This document shows positions 61,414 through 64,000 of a stretch of 64,000 nucleotides of DNA, piece after piece (position 1 is the first letter of the stretch; each line of letters opens with the position of its first letter). Origin of the DNA: Ranitomeya imitator. Taxonomy: Eukaryota. The notes below the pieces were generated by a model. That model did not search any database. It was given only the letters and a program-made list of their open reading frames with translations, and was not told the DNA's origin. The stretch spans positions 843,572,001 through 843,636,000 of the forward strand of contig NC_091283.1 in NCBI RefSeq assembly GCF_032444005.1, in the 5' to 3' direction. The position numbers and the translations under genes were made by a program.

Positions 61414-62880
61414 CCGGGTCCGGATGGCATACACCCACGAGTACTAAGAGAACTAAGTAATGTAATAGATAAACCATTATTTCTTATTTTTAGTGACTCT
61501 ATAGCGACAGGGTCTGTTCCGCAGGACTGGCGCATAGCAAATGTGGTGCCAATATTCAAAAAGGGCTCTAAAAGTGAACCTGGAAATTATAGGCCAGTAA
61601 GTCTAACCTCTATTGTTGGTAAAATATTTGAAGGGTTTCTGAGGGATGTTATTCTGGATTATCTCAATGAGAATAACTGTTTAACTCCATATCAGCATGG
61701 GTTTATGAGAAATCGCTCCTGTCAAACCAATCTAATCAGTTTTTATGAAGAGGTAAGCTATAGACTGGACCACGGTGAGTCATTGGACGTGTTATATCTC
61801 GATTTTTCCAAAGCGTTTGATACCGTGCCGCACAAGAGGTTGGTACACAAAATGAGAATGCTTGGTCTGGGGGAAATTGTGTGTAAATGGGTTAGTAACT
61901 GGCTTAGTGATAGAAAGCAGAGGGTGGTTATAAATGGTATAGTCTCTAACTGGGTCGCTGTGACCAGTGGGGTACCGCAGGGGTCGGTATTGGGACCTGT
62001 TCTCTTCAACATATTCATTAATGATCTGGTAGAAGGTTTACACAGTAAAATATCGATATTTGCAGATGATACAAAACTATGTAAAGCAGTTAATACAAGA
62101 GAAGATAGTATTCTGCTACAGATGGATCTGGATAAGTTGGAAACTTGGGCTGAAAGGTGGCAGATGAGGTTTAACAATGATAAATGTAAGGTTATACACA
62201 TGGGAAGAGGGAATCAATATCACCATTACACACTGAACGGGAAACCACTGGGTAAATCTGACAGGGAGAAGGACTTGGGGATCCTAGTTAATGATAAACT
62301 TACCTGGAGCAGCCAGTGCCAGGCAGCAGCTGCCAAGGCAAACAGGATCATGGGGTGCATTAAAAGAGGTCTGGATACACATGATGAGAGCATTATACTG
62401 CCTCTGTACAAATCCCTAGTTAGACCGCACATGGAGTACTGTGTCCAGGTTTGGGCACCGGTGCTCAGGAAGGATATAATGGAACTAGAGAGAGTACAAA
62501 GGAGGGCAAGAAAATTAATAAAGGGGATGGGAGAACTACAATACCCAGATAGATTAGCGAAATTAGGATTATTTAGTCTAGAAAAAAGACGACTGAGGGG
62601 CGATCTAATAACCATGTATAAGTATATAAGGGGACAATACAAATATCTCGCTGAGGATCTATTTATACCAAGGAAGGTGACGGGCACAAGGGGGCATTCT
62701 TTGCGTCTGGAGGAGAGAAGGTTTTTCCACCAACATAGAAGAGGATTCTTTACTGTTAGGGCAGTGAGAATCTGGAATTGCTTGCCTGAGGAGGTGGTGA
62801 TGGCGAACTCAGTCGAGGGGTTCAAGAGAGGCCTGGATGTCTTCCTGGAGCAGAAGAATATTGTATCATACAATTATTAG
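61414..62880 (+). pseudogene. CR1 ORF2 C-terminal half (RT), open to the natural stop
   Basis: ORF 61543-62880 with LDFSKAFD, GVPQGSVLGP, FADD. Confidence 0.92.
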
Positions 62881-63244
62881 GTTCTGTAGAAGGACGTAGA
62901 TCTGGGGATTTATTATGATGGAATATAGGCTGAACTGGATGGACAAATGTCTTTTTTCGGCCTTACTAACTATGTTACTATGTTACTATGTTACTATGCC
63001 GCCAAAACAGGCAGTCCTTGTACCTGAGTCTGTCCCCGGGGGTTTCATTGCTTTTTTTGCCTTCAGTGTGTCCTGGTGCGCTATGCTGTGTACTGCCATA
63101 TAGTGTAATTCTGTCGGTATCAATGCCATACAGTAGGGAGCTCAAATAATTCAAATAATTGTGCCATATGTTGGCAAAGGAAGAATGTTATAAAATGTCA
63201 ACACCGTCATACACTGCTGAAATAATATATTGTACTGTTTCAAA

Positions 63245-64000
63245 ATATCAGTACCACAATCTCTAAGTAATGCGACCATAATACTGCCATACAGTGCTCA
63301 AATAATGCCACCATACAGTGCACAAATAATGCCACCATGCAGTACACAAATAATGCCACCATGCAGTGCTCAAATGATACCGCCATACAGTGATCAAATA
63401 GTACCACCATACAGTGCACAAATAATACCACCATACAGTGCTCAAATAATGCCACCATACAGTGCTCAAATAATACCACCCTCAACCTACTGTCTCCTTC
63501 CCCATAATCCTGTAGAATGTAAGCCCGCAAGGGCAGGGTCCTCCCCCCTCTGTATCAGTCCGTCATTGTTAGTTTGTTTACTGTATGTGATATTTGTAAC
63601 TTGTATGTAACCCCTTCTCATGTACAGCACCATGGAATCAATGGTGCTATATAAATAAATAATAATAATAAATAATAATAATAATACAGTGCACGAATAA
63701 TACCGCAATACAGAGCTCAAATAATACCACAATACAGTGCACAAATAACACCACCATACAGTGCACAAATAATACCGCCATACAGAGCTCAAATAATGCC
63801 ACCATGCAGAGCTCAAATAATGCCACCACACAGTGCTCAAATAATGCCACCATACAGTGCTCAAATACCACCATACAGTGATCAAATAATACCACCATTC
63901 ATTGATCAAATAATGCCACCATACAGTGCTCAAATAATACCACCATACAGTTCTCAAATAATGCCACCATACAGTGCTCAAATAATGCCACCACACAGTG
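63245..64000. repeat. 24-bp minisatellite (AAATAATGCCACCATACAGTGCTC)n running off the window
   Basis: Visible periodicity; interrupted at about 63481-63685. Confidence 0.95.
63485..63685 (+). mobile_element. L2-like 3' tail inserted in the 24-bp minisatellite
   Basis: TAGAATGTAAGCCCGCAAGGGCAGGGTCC...GGTGCTATATAAATA(AAT)n. Confidence 0.65.

Larger units (their letters stand above)
58426..62998. mobile_element. CR1 with both ORFs and a 5' inversion: minus-strand 5' half (58426-61412) plus plus-strand 3' half (61414-62998)
   Basis: The two halves tile one element with an 84-bp overlap. (ACTATGTT)n tail at the right end. Possible ATGC duplication (58422-25, 62996-99). Confidence 0.9.

Noticed and set aside
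61019-61477. 152-aa ORF with a threefold 42-aa repeat as an ORF0
   Set aside because: Simply the translation of the 126-bp monomers; it begins outside the monomers, across the inversion junction.

Overview
Repeat-dense vertebrate DNA, very probably a frog genome (inferred from the repeat families: CR1 with esterase ORF1 and (ACTATGTT)n tail, Tc1, Tf1/sushi chromoviruses, Tx1-type L1, Harbinger and piggyBac MITEs). I could not identify a host gene; there are only a few low-confidence candidate exons. The window holds three copies of one young CR1 family plus an older CR1, four Tc1-type elements or fragments, three LTR retrotransposons (one intact chromovirus, one deleted relative, one Gag-protease-only Gmr1/SCAN element), a 3'-truncated Tx1-like LINE, several MITEs and six tandem arrays (21, about 60, about 22, 86, 57 and 24 bp units). 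Most long ORFs in the ORF track are artefacts of these arrays. The most interesting observations are: (1) a 57-bp array carrying about 80 co-oriented, CpG-free CTCF-consensus motifs, split by an intact chromovirus; (2) a CR1 with both ORFs and a 5' inversion of twin-priming geometry, whose 5'UTR is made of 126-bp monomers each containing a POU octamer; (3) covarying self-priming (tRNA-independent) primer sites in two LTR families; (4) a two-LTR element encoding only Gag and protease; (5) a minimal hammerhead ribozyme lying in register with a 60-bp satellite; (6) palindromic telomere repeats inside a Harbinger MITE. All coordinates and mismatch counts were read by eye and should be confirmed by alignment.
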